A DNA stretch of 63,595 nucleotides, the filler included, from Cladosporium halotolerans (Eukaryota), in NCBI RefSeq assembly GCF_011745625.1. It is 14 parts of 14 records of this genome, joined end to end, with 100 filler letters (N's around TTAATTAATTAA, not from the genome) between each part and the next. Parts side by side here need not be neighbours in the genome. Positions count along the whole stretch, not along the records: positions 18,782 to 23,323 come from NW_027191688.1; positions 23,424 to 27,935 come from NW_027191689.1; positions 28,036 to 32,484 come from NW_027191690.1; positions 32,585 to 37,029 come from NW_027191691.1; 10 more parts are not named here. The stretch is one strand, 5' to 3'. Of the stretch, positions 23,227-36,046 are shown piece by piece. Every line of letters starts with the position of its first letter. Position 1 is the first letter of the stretch. The translations under genes and the position numbers were made by a program. The notes under the pieces were generated by a model. It saw only the letters and a program-made list of their open reading frames with translations. It searched no databases and was not told where the DNA came from.

Positions 23227-23323
23227 CAGTGGTGTCCACAAGCAAGCAAGCGCCGTGCTTGAGGTCCGTCCGCTTGCTTGCTTGATATGCGGTATTGTGC
23301 TTGCTTGCTTGCTTGAATAGACC
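23227..23323 (+). mobile_element. Possible DNA-transposon terminus with CAAG/CTTG subterminal repeats
   Basis: CAGTGG start, 14-bp inverted repeat caagcaagcaagcg (23239-23252) / cgcttgcttgcttg (23271-23284), further (gctt)n up to the contig break. Confidence 0.35.
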
Positions 23324-23423
23324 NNNNNNNNNNNNNNNNNNNNNNNNNNNNNNNNNNNNNNNNNNNNTTAATTAATTAANNNNNNNNNNNNNNNNNNNNN
23401 NNNNNNNNNNNNNNNNNNNNNNN

Positions 23424-23455
23424 ATAGAAAGGCCCGGTCTACCAGGCCGCGCGCC
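23424..23455 (+). repeat. 32-bp sequence identical to the last 32 bp of another contig (54866-54897)
   Basis: atagaaaggcccggtctaccaggccgcgcgcc at both contig ends. Confidence 0.95.
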
Positions 23456-24580
23456 TAAACAAGAATAACAATCTATCGACCCAAAAATTTATATCAACGA
23501 GAGGTCACCCTCTCGTGCAACACTCCCCGTTCCAACCGTATCGTTCTGCGATGCTCCGTTTGAGCTCCTTACTCCATGCACGTCCGGTGAAATTTTCCCT
23601 CTCCTCCCTGCACGGGAAAGGTGTTTGTGCCGGAAAAACTTTGATTGCTGATCCTACTGTACGCTATTGCGAGCATTTCTCTCGTTCTTCACGATCGACT
23701 GGTAAGGCTTCATTGTAGGTCCGCAGGTAGTCTCTGCAATGTTTTGTTGCCATGTTTTGTCTGGGAAGATAAGTCGAATGCTGCTACACGAGAATATCTT
23801 TACACGCCAACTCCGAAGCACACGTGATCTTGCAAACTGAGCGCAACGTCGCTTCATGCCGGGCGGCCGACGATGCATAAATTTTGTAGACAACGGCATT
23901 CGTGTCTCCAATAAGCGCCGTGCAGGAACTCCTGCGGCAGCCTGATCTCAGCCTCCTCAACCGGGCGGCTGCCGAACGACTGCCGACCGCGCGACGTGAA
24001 CAAGATCCGATTTTCGGACGCTCGGCCTGGCGCCTGAAATTACCTTCAACTCTCTCGACCAGGCAAGACCCCGCACGCTTCTAACGTCGGGACAGGGAGC
24101 GACCTTGAAGCAGGCCGGGCTCCGCATTGCACGATCCGTGGGTGACATTTACACTGCCGCGACCCGAGAACGTTTGATGTTGGCTGACTTCGTCCGCCAT
24201 CGTTCGTCCAAATCTTATTCAAAAGCATTTCACGCGGCGCAAAACCAACGGACCTATTTTCGACCTCATTCCTATCTTGACAAACTTCCAGGCGGGTTTC
24301 CGATTGTTGACACGGGACAGCCATGGCCTGGCTCGTGAGCAAGGGGCGGACGAGAAGCGCGCATGCGGACGGGCTCGCGCAAAGAGAAAGCACAACACAA
24401 CAGTAATTTATGCGAACGACTGGCGAAGTCGCACGGCCGTCTATGTGTTGTCCGCATCGCCGCGCTCTGGGGCTGGACTGAAACATTGAACAACGTTAAA
24501 AAGAATTCCCAAAGAGACGGATTATTCTGAAGGGGCCGGCAAGAGTACAAGTGGAGGCGGATATGGCGCGGAGAAAGTGA

Positions 24581-24648
24581 AGAGGACAAAGTCGACAGAG
24601 GACGAAGTCGACAGAGGACGAAGTCGACAGAGGACGAAGTCGACAGAG
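24581..24648 (+). repeat. Minisatellite, 16-bp unit agaggacgaagtcgac x4
   Basis: Direct reading; one substitution in the first unit. Confidence 0.95.
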
Positions 24649-24932
24649 AACAGCGGTCGGAGAAAAGCAGGAAGTCTCACACGGCTACAATACTCAGGTC
24701 GTCTCAGCAAAGCTTGCGGCACGCACTGGGCTTTGGCTGCCTTGCGGTAAATTACTTCTGTGCCATGGATTCACTCGGTAAAAGAGCAATGGCCGGATTT
24801 TTGTGACAGTAAATTGGCAAATGGCATGTTCACGGCATACGGATCCATCCTGCACTACGTTACGCGCCCAGTCTGTCAAAGATGACTGCTGCAAATGATT
24901 TCCCAAAATTCACGAAAAGACCCGACCACATG

Positions 24933-26252
24933 CTATCCCTCCGGAACATGTAGCATAGCCATGATCTCGGCTCCCACCTGCGTCCGCGCGCGCGCTTCGG
25001 CGCGCTTGATGCATGTTGAATACGTTTCGATCGCCCTTTGAAGCTCGCCTACGATCCTCTGGCACGGCACCATGACGAGGTCGGCCACCTCTTCCGCAGT
25101 CGGCGCATTGCCCCTTGAACGAAACACCGCTACGTTCTCTTGCAGGCAAGCCACGGCCTCCCAGGCTTGGGACAGTTGGAACGGCGGCAGACTTTGGATG
25201 GAAGAGCAGTCCGAGTCCGACGCCGATGATACGCAGCTGCTTTGCACGCTTGCAGTTGTCGTCGTCGCCGTCGTCGTCCACGACGTCGTTGTTGTCGCCG
25301 TTGTCGCTGCCACCGCTGCCGCTGCTGAAGCTGTGCCGTCACACGCGCTGCTCGTGGCAGAAGGTGACGTCTGGCATCTAGCTTCCCAAGGGAACGGCGT
25401 GGGCAGCCGGGGTAATGCTCGACTTTTGGCTCTAAGACGCTTGACGGCTCGATCGGTGTCGATGTTTTGGAGCTGCCGATGTCCTTTTGTAAGGTCAACA
25501 AACGTAACTTCAGATACCATATCGCGGGCGCTGTACACCTACTCTTCCGGAGAAGTCTGCTTTCCTCACGAGATTCCTCCGCAGCCCGAGGCTCAGGGCA
25601 AGCTTGTCCGGGGCGCCCTTCTTCGCAGTCGGCCGATTGGAAGAGCGCAGGTTGCGTCATTCTTCTTGGTGGTGGTTCCATGCTGGTATTGGACCAGTTC
25701 TAAAGAGATGCCTTTGAAGATCCTCCCGCTAATTCGATGGCTATCCCTTACCTTGGTTGAAGAGGAGGTAGCTTTCTTGAGGATGTGCAAATCTATTTAT
25801 TCGGCCAACATCGTTTGAGCGGTCTCTGGCTGTTTCAGTGAAGTGTGGTGAAGACGGCCCTCAGCAAGAGCATCGGCCCCCTCCCCCGTGAACGCGTCGA
25901 AGACGAAACGTGTGCAGCTTTCGGTTGAGTGATCCCCCTGCTCTTGCGGAAGGGGGTCAGGCACTTCTGTGACCAGCACGGTGGCCATCTTCTGGACGCA
26001 CGATACAGTGCTACGGTATTCTGATACAGTCGTTTGCGAAACCGGTGTCCAGAATTGCGATGTTATTTTGGTGAGCTCCGCGCGCGGCAGCTTCCGTACC
26101 TCCGCCCCTAGCCGCATATGGATTAGCTCAGACTGGATCCGGCCTAGGACTTGGGGAGCGGTAGCTGCCGTGTGGAGAAGCAACCAGAAAGAAGTTACGA
26201 TTGTGGACACCGGTTTCGCAATCGACTGTACGGAGCAGAACTGTTTCACCAA
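24933..26252 (-). pseudogene. Unknown-family gene interrupted by in-frame stops
   Basis: ORFs 25797-26252, 25593-25790 and 24933-25538 share one frame. The segment IQSELIHMRLGAEVRKLPRAELTKITSQFWTPV has a paralog at ~38110-38240. Confidence 0.5.
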
Positions 26253-26620
26253 ACATCTTCGTCACCGGCACATGGTGCCCCGGCGGCTGAGGAAGGGGCC
26301 GCAAAACCCATGGCAGCAGGTTCAGAAGGCTGATGGGAAGTGAGCGAAGCCGGCCGGACGTCCTGCTGCGATACTGCTTTTGCTAAATGGTGGCCTCGGG
26401 TTGGATTTCTCATGCAACCTGGATACCCTATATCTGCCCGCCCCAAGCGCTGTGTCGCTTGCGCTCTGAACGTGCTTCATCTCTCTGCTCGCCCATGCCT
26501 TCTTTGATTGCCTGCTCGATTGCTTGCTTGCTTGCTTCCATCACCGATCTTCTCGTGGCACACTTTCTCCACGACCATTCTTCCGTGCCATAGGCGAGCC
26601 CGTTGACCACCCGCAACGCA

Positions 26621-27935
26621 ATGAACTCGTCTTTTGCTCGAGCGCTCGATGCTCCCTCTGCAGACGAGGTTTTTAGAACGAATTCCGGCACCGCCCTGCA
26701 GAGCGAGGGCCTTACCTGGAAAGCTTTGCTTGCCGGTGTGGTGTATGCTTTGATCCTGCACCTTACGCAGACTCTAATCTTCCTCACCATCCGTCCGCGA
26801 ATCGCTAGAATCTAGTAGGTCAGTGTAAATTGGTTTTGAGTATTATTCATCGCTGAGCTTCTCTCGGCACGGTAGTCAACCGCGAACGTATTTGTTGCCG
26901 GAAGAGCAGTGCGCTTCCCGGTCACCGGAAGGGGTGATTGCTTGGGTCTTGCCTGTGTGGTCGACACCCGACGACACGATCCTCCAGAAATGCGGCTTTG
27001 ACGCCCTTTTCTTCGTTCGCTACCTTCGCATGATGCTCTGGATCTTCCTTCCCATCACATTAGTCGTCACTCCAGCGTTGGCGCCGGTCAACCGTCTCTC
27101 GGGGAAAAATACACGGACCTCCGTTCTAGACGTCTTCGCCATCTCGAACATCGCGCCGGGGCAGGTCGCCAGCAAGCTCTGGACGCATTGGGCTCTGGGT
27201 GTCCTTGTCGTGGTATGGGTGTGCTATGTAGTGCATTGCGAAGCACTCGCGTTCGTCGAAGCGAAACAAGAGTACGCGAGGAGTCGGCACTATCGATCGC
27301 AATCGCGAGCCACCACCATACTGGTTGGCAATATTCCTGAGGCTTTCCTTGCGGAGGAAAAGCTGAGAGATGCGTTTGACGTGTTCCCTGGTGGCGTTAG
27401 GGACGTCTACATCAACAGGAACGACAGTAACTTGACTGCAAAATTGGCGGCGCGCGAAAAGCTCGTCACTGCGTTGGAAACGGCGCAGACGAAACTGATC
27501 GCCGCACGCGTTTCCGATGTCGCAGCTACGCGAGGCAGCCAAGGGTCTGGCAACTTGTCTCGATGCAGTGGACACGCGCTCAGCACTGTCTGTGGGAAAG
27601 AGCAGGATCGCAAATCATGTGCCGGGCCGCGGACTGTGCCAAAGACGAACCGCGAGACCGCTCGTCTGCCTCTTGTCATCCGGCCGTGGCTTCCCCCGGT
27701 GCCTTTCTTCGGCAGGAAGGTCGACCTGATTCATCAGCTGCAAGAGACACTACACGCGCTGAATCAGGAGATCGCGTCGGCTCGCGCGCGTTCGGGAAGT
27801 TGCAAGCCTCTGAACAATGCATTCGTCCAATTCAATCGTCAAGTGGCAGCTCACATGGCCTGCCAATCCGTTCTGCATGGCAAGCCGCATCGTATGACGC
27901 CTCGTATCCTGGAGGTGGACCCGACGGACGTGATC
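26621..27935 (+). CDS. CSC1/OSCA (DUF221, RSN1-like) calcium-permeable stress-gated channel, 3'-partial
   Basis: Exon 26621-26814, intron 26815-26875; IYQPRTYL, CGFDALFFVRYLRMMLWIF, TILVGNIP, AFVQFNRQVAAHMACQS, EVDPTDVI. Confidence 0.92.
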
Positions 27936-28035
27936 NNNNNNNNNNNNNNNNNNNNNNNNNNNNNNNNNNNNNNNNNNNNTTAATTAATTAANNNNNNNNN
28001 NNNNNNNNNNNNNNNNNNNNNNNNNNNNNNNNNNN

Positions 28036-28308
28036 CTCGAATTCAAAACACTGCAAGCTGAGCTCGAGGTGGACAGATCAAAGTATCACGATCTGTGTGC
28101 ACAATTGACACAGCTGCGTAGTCAGGTAGTAGAGGTGGAAGGACAGGTGGCAGCGGTTCTCAGTCGAGCCAACGAGCGGAAACACGCAGTGGGACTCGAA
28201 CGCGCAGAGCTCCAAGAGCATGCGGCATCGATGAAGAAAATGGAGGCAGAGTTCTCCGACACTGGCAAAGAGCTGAACGGCCTGGTGGAGGCCTTGGGTA
28301 TTTTTTGA
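28036..28308 (+). CDS. 3' end of a coiled-coil hypothetical protein (5'-partial)
   Basis: Open frame from the contig edge with heptad-like LQAELEVD...LCAQLTQLRSQVVEVE. Confidence 0.4.
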   Translation, partial: LEFKTLQAELEVDRSKYHDLCAQLTQLRSQVVEVEGQVAAVLSRANERKHAVGLERAELQEHAASMKKMEAEFSDTGKELNGLVEALGIF

Positions 28309-28699
28309 GGTGTCTGCGGCGGACAGGACTTGTGATATGTCACTGTTCAGTGGAGACACAGCCGTCATATGAAATGAAGTTTTATGTTTTGGAATATCAG
28401 GAACGATCTGACGTATCGCCCCTTCGATACTAAACAACAAAAAGTCACGGACAATAACACCACAAACGTAAAGTTACTCATTTAAGGCAACAAACTTTGA
28501 GTGAAAACTCGGCGTCGTCAGAGTCGAAGTTCGTTGTCATATCATCTTGGTCGGGATTCTACTGGCAGGCATCCCAGCCAGCAGCAAAGGTGGCAGCAGG
28601 GCACACACACACACAATTACACGTATTGAGACGTTCCACGCTCAGGGGTGTGCGGGGAAGTCCCCGCGCCAATCGGATGCTCCGCCGAACAGCAGATCC

Positions 28700-29000
28700 T
28701 ACAACAAGCCATGAAAGACCACAGGTTTGGGAGGAACAGCAGCTCCGTGGCGAGTGTCCGGCAATTGCAAAGGAACCAAGAACAGGTTTGAAATCAGGTC
28801 TTAGCATCGAGAAAGAAGCTCTTCGGCAAATAGTCGGCGGTGCTTTGGCGAAGGCCTGCCTAGGCTTCGTTGCAGCAGCCACCGGCGGCAGCTCGTCGAA
28901 CGACGTACAGTCCTCGCGAGGTGAGCTCATGGAAGAGATAGCCAGCGTGCAGGCTCAGCTGACAGAGTTCATGACTTCTGCAGTAGCAAAACAGCAGCAG
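28700..29000 (+). pseudogene. Distant relic of a family A LINE gag N-terminal region
   Basis: PQVWEEQQ...EALRQIVGGALAKA...DVQSSRGE...QAQLTEFM aligns by eye with LQSWEEQQ...ELLQAIEDAIAKA...DVRSLRAE...QTQLTQLM of ORF 2614-4338. Confidence 0.6.
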
Positions 29001-29429
29001 GATTTTGACAGGCGGACAACCGCAATACTCGAACGTCTGATGCAAAATATCCGCGATGCATCCAAGCGGTTGGTCGCGAGAACTTCCTGTTGGTCAGGTC
29101 AACATACGGAGGAGCCTTTTGGCCGGATCAAAGTCTCTTCCGCATTCGTCCACAGTGTAGGAGCGACCTGTCCAACAAGAATGCGGACGATGCTTTGCAT
29201 CCCTGTCACTCAAGTTGGTCTGTCGGGGCGACAACCGCATTCAGAGCTATCATCCGGCTCAACGTGTCGCATGTGATCACGCTGTCGTAACCGCACTCGG
29301 CGGTACGACCTGCTCCTTGCCTGATATGCCGCCTATATAGTTCCTGTCTGAACTGAACTTGCAGAGCACTCTTGGTAAATCGACCCCCTCATCTTACAAT
29401 CGAACAAAATTGCAGCGTGAGAAAGCACT

Positions 29430-31271
29430 ATGACGATTCAGACCCAACAAGAGAAGGAGGTTGGCCAGCCAAGTGCTGTGGACTCGCAACAGACAGAGCT
29501 TTCCTTGGAACCGAACGCGGAACACGAGCCTTGGAAGCCAGACACAAGAGTCAAAAAAGCATTATGTGCACAGGCATTCTGCGTTGTGAGTGCAAAGAGA
29601 TGATTAGTGTTGGACCACGAGGCTGATCTTATCAAACAGTTCATCATCTCCCTGGACATGACCATACTCACGGCTACCCTACCGGTATGCGCATGTATAA
29701 CGCCCGCGACAAAAAGCCGCTGACCCAATGTCTAGACCGTTGCTCACGCTCTCGGAGCCAATGCCACAGAGTCGTTCTGGATAGCTGCCAGCTATCTTTT
29801 GGCCAATGCGGTATGTCAACCCACCATGGCCGCCCTCGCGGAAGCTTTTGGTCGACAGGCGATGTTTCTGGGCTCTGTCGGCGTCTTCACCGTAGGGAGC
29901 ATCGCTTGCGCAACGGCTCCCTCAGTTGTCACGATGCTCGCTGGTCGCACCATTCAGGGCATCGGTGGAGGGGGAGTTATCAGCGTGAATTTGATCATAC
30001 TATCGGATTTTGTACCGCTCCGCCAGCGCTCCAAATACCAAGGCCTCATCCAACTAGTATTCGCCCTTGGGACAAATATCGCCCCCATCATCGGCGGCGC
30101 TATGGTCGATTCCAGCTGGCGATGGTACGATCACCCGAAGAGGAGTTTGCTCTCACTTGCCAGTGCTAATGCTTGTGAAGGATATTCTACATCAACCTTC
30201 CGTTCTGTGCAGTCGGCCTGGTGATAGTTCCTCTGTTCTTGCGGTACGAGGAAGAAGTCACGCCGATGCGCGAGAAGCTGCGTTCCTTCGACTGGATAGG
30301 GTCGGCGTCGATGGTCGTCAGCTCCACCTTGTTCCTCGTCGGAATGAGCTGGGGTGGCAACAGATACAGCTGGCGAAGTTCAGCCGTTCTGGTGCCCATC
30401 GTCGCCGGCCTGGAAGGCATGTTGCTCACGTTTTTCTTCGAGCGACATGTCGCTAAAAACCCCTTCTTGCGTCTTTCAATATTCCAACATTGGTCGGGAA
30501 GTGTGGTGACCCTCTGCACCGTCATACAGGGCTATCTCGTGAGTTGATCGAAAAGGAAAAGCTTTCCTCGTTCGCACTGACACTGCGCGCCAGCTGTTCG
30601 CCATGACGTACTACCTGGTCATTTACCTGATGGCTTGTCAGCTTTACTCGCCCATCCTGGCTGGCACTGGACTTCTCCCTTTCGCCATGACCGTGGTGCC
30701 AGTTAGCGGAGTGACGGGATCGCTGATTACTCGGATTGGACGGTACCGATGGTCTATATGGTTGGGCTGGTCGCTCAGCGTCCTGGGCCTGGGACTGCTC
30801 GTCCTTCTCGGCCCAGGCACGCATCCGGCTGCGTGGGTCGTCGTCTTCATGTGCGCTGGAGCGGGACAGGGTCTGCTTCTCATCGGCCACTCAGTTGCCA
30901 TCCAGGCATCGTGTAAGACGAAAGATGCGGCCTACGCTGTAAGCATGTACTCCTTCGCAAGAAGCTTTGGTCTATGCCTAGGTGTCATCCTCGGCGGCAC
31001 GATCTTCCAGAACTTCCTTCGCGTGCGCCTTGGAAATGATGGTTTGCCGAGGATCATTGCCAACGATTTTGAGGCATACATCCCGATACTGCAAGCACTA
31101 TCAAGTGAGAATTCGCCGAAGATGCAGCTCCGGGAAGCCTATGCTTGGGCGCTCAAGATGCTTTTCGCTACATCCACTGGCGTTGGCTTCTTTGCATTAT
31201 TGCTCAGCCTGACGATCGGTGATTACACTTTGGACACTGCCTTCATTCCCGAGCACTCGTTGAGGAAGTGA
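29430..31271 (+). CDS. MFS drug:H+ antiporter (DHA2, 14-TMS type), multi-exon
   Basis: Spliced reading FIISLDMTILTATLP/TVAHALG...WIAASYLL...FGR...GRTIQGIGGGG...APIIGG...WRW/IFYINLP...FARSFG; four GT-AG introns inferred. Confidence 0.92.
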
Positions 31272-31945
31272 CGCAGAGTGCCGCAAAGCCAGTCGCACAC
31301 AGTCAAGGACTCTGCACATGGTACGAAAGCGACAGCAAGAATTCTCGAGCAGAACGAGTGTGGTAATGGCATTTGAACTAAGGTAGCGTTCTAGACAAAT
31401 AGCTCTGACCGGAAGTGCACCTTTGCAGCGAGGCGCTATTTCACATGATATTCATCCACCAGCCCTAGCTGGTCTATCGGTACACTAGAACAGTACCTCA
31501 GCGATTGGTACAGTACTGTAGCAGGTGCGACCTAATACTGCATGATCGCCTTTCAGACAAAGTTGGTAAAGCGTCGGGGACTGGTAACGTGACCGTATCG
31601 ATCGGAAATACAGTCTTTGTTGAACCCGCTAGCTTCGCATACATCCTTAGCAAACTCGTGCGTCGAGTGATCTCCACTGACATGTGAACCTGTCGCCCAT
31701 CAGGCGTGGAAGGCGACGTGTTTGGCGGCGAGGCTCCGCTCGATAGGCTCACCAAGTTATCGCCTTCTGAGCGACCGCGACCGCTGCGTGTCCTCGGCCG
31801 ATATATCACATGGTCTGCAAGAGCTGTGGTGTCCCAAACTATTTCCCTGTTTGCTTTGATACAGCACCATCTTTCGACGCCTTTACCTCGCGCTCCTTTT
31901 CATTCGAACATTCTGAAGGAGCAGCTTGGTGCAAGAGACGCAGCA

Positions 31946-32484
31946 ATGACGGCAACGTCTAGCGATGACACCGAGAGAGATGTCGAAGGGGTTTGCGAGG
32001 ATGGACGATGCATCGATAGCCGCATTCAAGCGACTGAGTTGTCGTACTGTGTTCGTTGCGACAGCACATACTGCAGGTACGGGATGAGGAAACGCCGCGA
32101 GGAAGTCGAACGCTGATATGCTTCACCAGTCACTGCTGGGCTCTTCAAGGTCCGCATAGACCCAAGAAGAGAGGACCCGAAGGTTTACCACACGAGAAGG
32201 TAGATCTGGGCGTCATCCGGCGATTGAAAGGTATACTAAACCCATCAACGGATCCTTTGGTTATCCAGAAATCTCACCAAGAGGACGAATGGACCAAATG
32301 GTTCGGCGTGACTCGGGACAAAGAAGATCAAGTGCTGCTCGACGATTACGGACGCTATCTCACACTCGTCTCCGATATTGCGCGATCGACTAGCATGAAG
32401 ACTCGTTATCCACAGCTTGTCTCTTTCGTCGGCGTCACCAACGCCGGGAAGTCCACTTTGATCAAGATGTTGGTTCACCGCGGA
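31946..32484 (+). CDS. 5' part of a Cys-rich + P-loop NTPase protein of the type usually ending in a patatin-like phospholipase domain (3'-partial)
   Basis: Intron 32077-32129; CVRCDSTYCSHCW..QGPH...GLPHEK...TKWFGV...DYGRY...RYPQLVSFVGVTNAGKSTLIKML (Walker A). The patatin domain itself is not in the window. Confidence 0.65.
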
Positions 32485-35084
32485 NNNNNNNNNNNNNNNN
32501 NNNNNNNNNNNNNNNNNNNNNNNNNNNNTTAATTAATTAANNNNNNNNNNNNNNNNNNNNNNNNNNNNNNNNNNNNNNNNNNNNCCCCCCCACCCACCTC
32601 TGATGTTTCCAGGTAGCAAGTGACGTCGCGTCCTCGATCATTTTGTCTCCGCTCCACGCGCGGTACCTCATGGGCCGCTTTGGAGTATGGGGCCTCGTCG
32701 TATCGTCGTGTCTCCGCTGCCTTGCGCTCGCGAGGTCTGTCGGGTCCCGCGCAGCGGTGGGGCCTGTCGCGATCATCGGCGGCGGTGTTGGAGCTCTGAG
32801 GGCCATCGGCGTCAATGCTGGAGCTGTGAGGACCTTGGGCGTCAACGTCAGACCTATGAGGATCGTCAGCGTCAGTGTTGGAGCTGATGAAGGGCGTCGG
32901 TGTCGTTTGACCTGTCTGGATCACCAAGCTAGTCAAACCTCTGAGCATCGTCAGCGCCACTGGGGATCCTCATGATCGCCCACCGCGTGCATGGCTCCCC
33001 TGCAATCTGCCTGAGGCTGCCCAAGATCCAAGCGCACGTGGAGGGCTCGAGTAAGATCCGCAGCGGCCAGCGCCAAAAAGCGAACTCCGGAGCACAGCTC
33101 CGAGCCTCCAGCAGCCCACGCACCCACGCACCCACGCACCCACGAACTCACGCACCATCGCACCACAGGGTTCCGGGGCGGAGACAGCCGAGGCGGCGGT
33201 CGAAGCAGGCGTTGACCCTCGGGGAGCAGACACACTCCGGCAGTCGGAAGGCTCGGGTGAGCTGCCATTGAGCCCCACGGCAGGTCCCCGCAGTCTCGAT
33301 CGAGACGGCAGTACTCAGTACGTACGCAAAGCTGCTGTTGCGATTGTTGTCATCGACGCCCGTGGCGCCTGGGTAACGTCAATGGCATCGAGAAGGGCAA
33401 AGGTGGCAGAATGTCTTCCAGACAAATGGGCGGACGATCGACGAATTTCCTGCGCAGGGCCTTGCTGCAACGTCTCACTCGCCGTGGCCGTGCCTGCGGC
33501 CGCGACGCCAGCCGCAAAGGTCGCGCAAGACCCGGGATGGAAGTGGCAGCTTGGCGTGGCCGTGGAGTGGACTCCGATTGAGGTTCCCCGTAGGTAAAGT
33601 GCCTACCTGCTTTACCTTACGTGTACCTAGTGCCTCATCATTGATATGTAATGAAGTAGCAGCGCCATTGGGCGCTAGCAGGTTGTTAGGCACCCCGCCG
33701 GGTGGTACCCACGATAAGCTTCCGGGCTTGCCTGAGGTACACACCTACGCCTGCGCCTACACGCTTGCCATCTGAAGTCTACGCCCGGTGCCCGCGCGGC
33801 TGCCTACTGTAAGAAACGGCGTGCGCTTGCCTACTGCAATATGCAAGATACAAGCCGTGCTCGCCTACTGCAAGATGCAAGATATCTGACGGTACGCGCT
33901 TGCCTACCTGTAAGGTACGCGAGTGCCCGCACGCTTGCTTGCACGATTGCATGCATGATTGCATGCAAGATTGCGCGCATGTCCCAAAGGGCGAAGCGCA
34001 CGTAATCCGCCCAAGCCATTGGGCCAACGTACCTAGGTAGGTACGTTCCCTGCACCTGCCTGATGCGCTCTGTCTTCGGCTCTGCCTGATGCGCTCTGTC
34101 TTCGCTCTGCCGACACGCAGCAATTGCCGCAAGCGGCCAAATCATCCGCCGATCGGGCTTGTAATGTATGTAGGGTCTGCCTACCTACGCGTACCTCGGG
34201 TGGACTGCACGCCTACAAGCGACTTGTCAGATGGATATGAGGTGTAACGCCGAACGAGTGGAGGAGTCGTGGCCGGCAACCCATCCTGCTCCCTGCTATG
34301 AGGACGCGACTCCGAGGCTACCGACGATGGGGGGGGCATGGCATTCCGTTGTGAGCGTCGGGAGCGCAAGAGTTGCGCCGGGCAGTCTCTCCTGCTCCGC
34401 GCCTTCGAGCGCCCCGCGGTGACGTGCACATGATCGCAAGCCTCGCGCCTATATTGTCCCGCGACAGCCTGCGACCGTGACATTGCCGCGACCGCCTACG
34501 TAAGGGAGCTAGATACGGACGACGAGGATGGCCAGCCGGGTTGGTGAGGCTGGCGAGGCTGGCGAGGCTGGCCGCGGTGCTAATGGGCTGTCCAGATGGG
34601 CTGTCGAGGTCTTCCCTATACATTAGCCTACCAGCCCAGCAGGGTAAGGCAAGGTATGCTGCCTTAAGGTTAGGCGCGTAGCCGTAGCACCAGCTACCGC
34701 GCTCTCCTCGCTTGCGCGGGACTCGCCCGGCCGCCGGGCTGGCCGTGAATCGGCGCCTCGTCTATCTGCTCTGTGCCGTCCATCTGCGCTGCGCCGTCCA
34801 CACTGCGCGCCGCCGTCCACACTGCGCGCCGCCGTCTATCTGCGCGCCGCGGTCAGCCTTCCCGCTCCGCCTTCGCAATACTGTACCGGGGGCTCCACAG
34901 CGCGGGTCGAAGGCGTGAAGCCCGGGCCCTGGCGAGCAGCTCCACAGCGCGGGCTAACGTCTGGAGTGGTGTAATCGCGCTGGTAGGCTGATTGATTGGT
35001 CTGCCGACCTCGACGATTCGAAACGCGACCCCTCTCTCTCGGAAAGAAATAGCTGTTCTTGGCAACAGCCGCTCATGACATTGG

Positions 35085-35229
35085 ATGACAATGCCTGCAA
35101 GCCTGCCGATCACTTGCAATGACAACGCCTGCAAGCTTGCCGATCACTTGCAACGACAACGCCTGCAAGCTTGCCGATCACTTGCAATGACAACGCCTGC
35201 ATGCCTGCCCGTGACTTGCAATGACAATG
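35085..35229 (+). repeat. Tandem repeat, 34-bp unit atgacaacgcctgcaagcttgccgatcacttgca x~4.3
   Basis: Units start at 35085, 35119, 35153, 35187 and 35221. Confidence 0.92.
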
Positions 35230-35818
35230 TTTGCTCACCTTGTGAATCAGAAGCCCAACGCCTGACGAGCAGATGATGAAGTCCTGAAAGCGGGACCCAC
35301 ATCCCACCAGCTCTCCGTCGACGGCCATCCACCGTGCTGCGCTCCATCGAGCGTGTCTTGCCGCTTGACGTTCGAGCTTTAGCCGCAAGCGCGCCCGGAG
35401 TTCCCTCCGATCTTCCTCCCCATTGGACGCTGGCCCTGCGGCCGGCTGAAACCCGCATGCCGCGTTCGGCAGATCACTTGGCCGTGCGAGCTCCGCGTTC
35501 GCTGGCTCTGACGGACGCGACGAAGGTCCCCGCATGATGATCGGTGGGTCCTCCGCGTCCTGCGTCCCGCTCCCGCGCGGCCAGCGCGCCCATCGAACGT
35601 GTCGGGGGACCGGCACGTGACTTGACGAGGCTGCGTGCAAATTCCATCCGACGTCGCTAGCTGGACCGGACTGCGAGCGGATGTGACTGGCATGAACCCC
35701 GGCCGGACTGGACCCCGACTGGATTCGAGGAGCGCCGACTGGATTCGAGAAGCGCCGACTGGCCTGATGAAGCGCCGACTGGACCGGAGCAGTTCCCGTG
35801 CGAACGAAACCATGGAAA

Positions 35819-35972
35819 GCGACGACAGGCGGGGCGGCGACGACGAACCGGAAGCCATGAAGAAGCGAGGACAGGCGGGGCGGCGACGACGAAGCTCTGT
35901 GAAACAGCGAGGATAGGCGGGGCGGCCGACGAAGGAGCTCTATGCAAAAGCGAGGACAGGCGGGGCGGCGAA
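35819..35972 (+). repeat. Four spaced copies of gcgaggacaggcggggcggc
   Basis: Direct reading; period about 42-47 bp. Confidence 0.85.
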
Positions 35973-36046
35973 GCAACACACGAGTGGCGAGGTGAGCAGG
36001 TCAGGTACATGGGTAGGGCACAACGCTGATCGTGTTCAAATGGAAT

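Noticed and set aside
32585..32845. RYRAWSGDKMIEDA as a pogo/Fot1 transposase HTH start
   Set aside because: Only a few residues resemble it, and the contig ends before any confirming motif.
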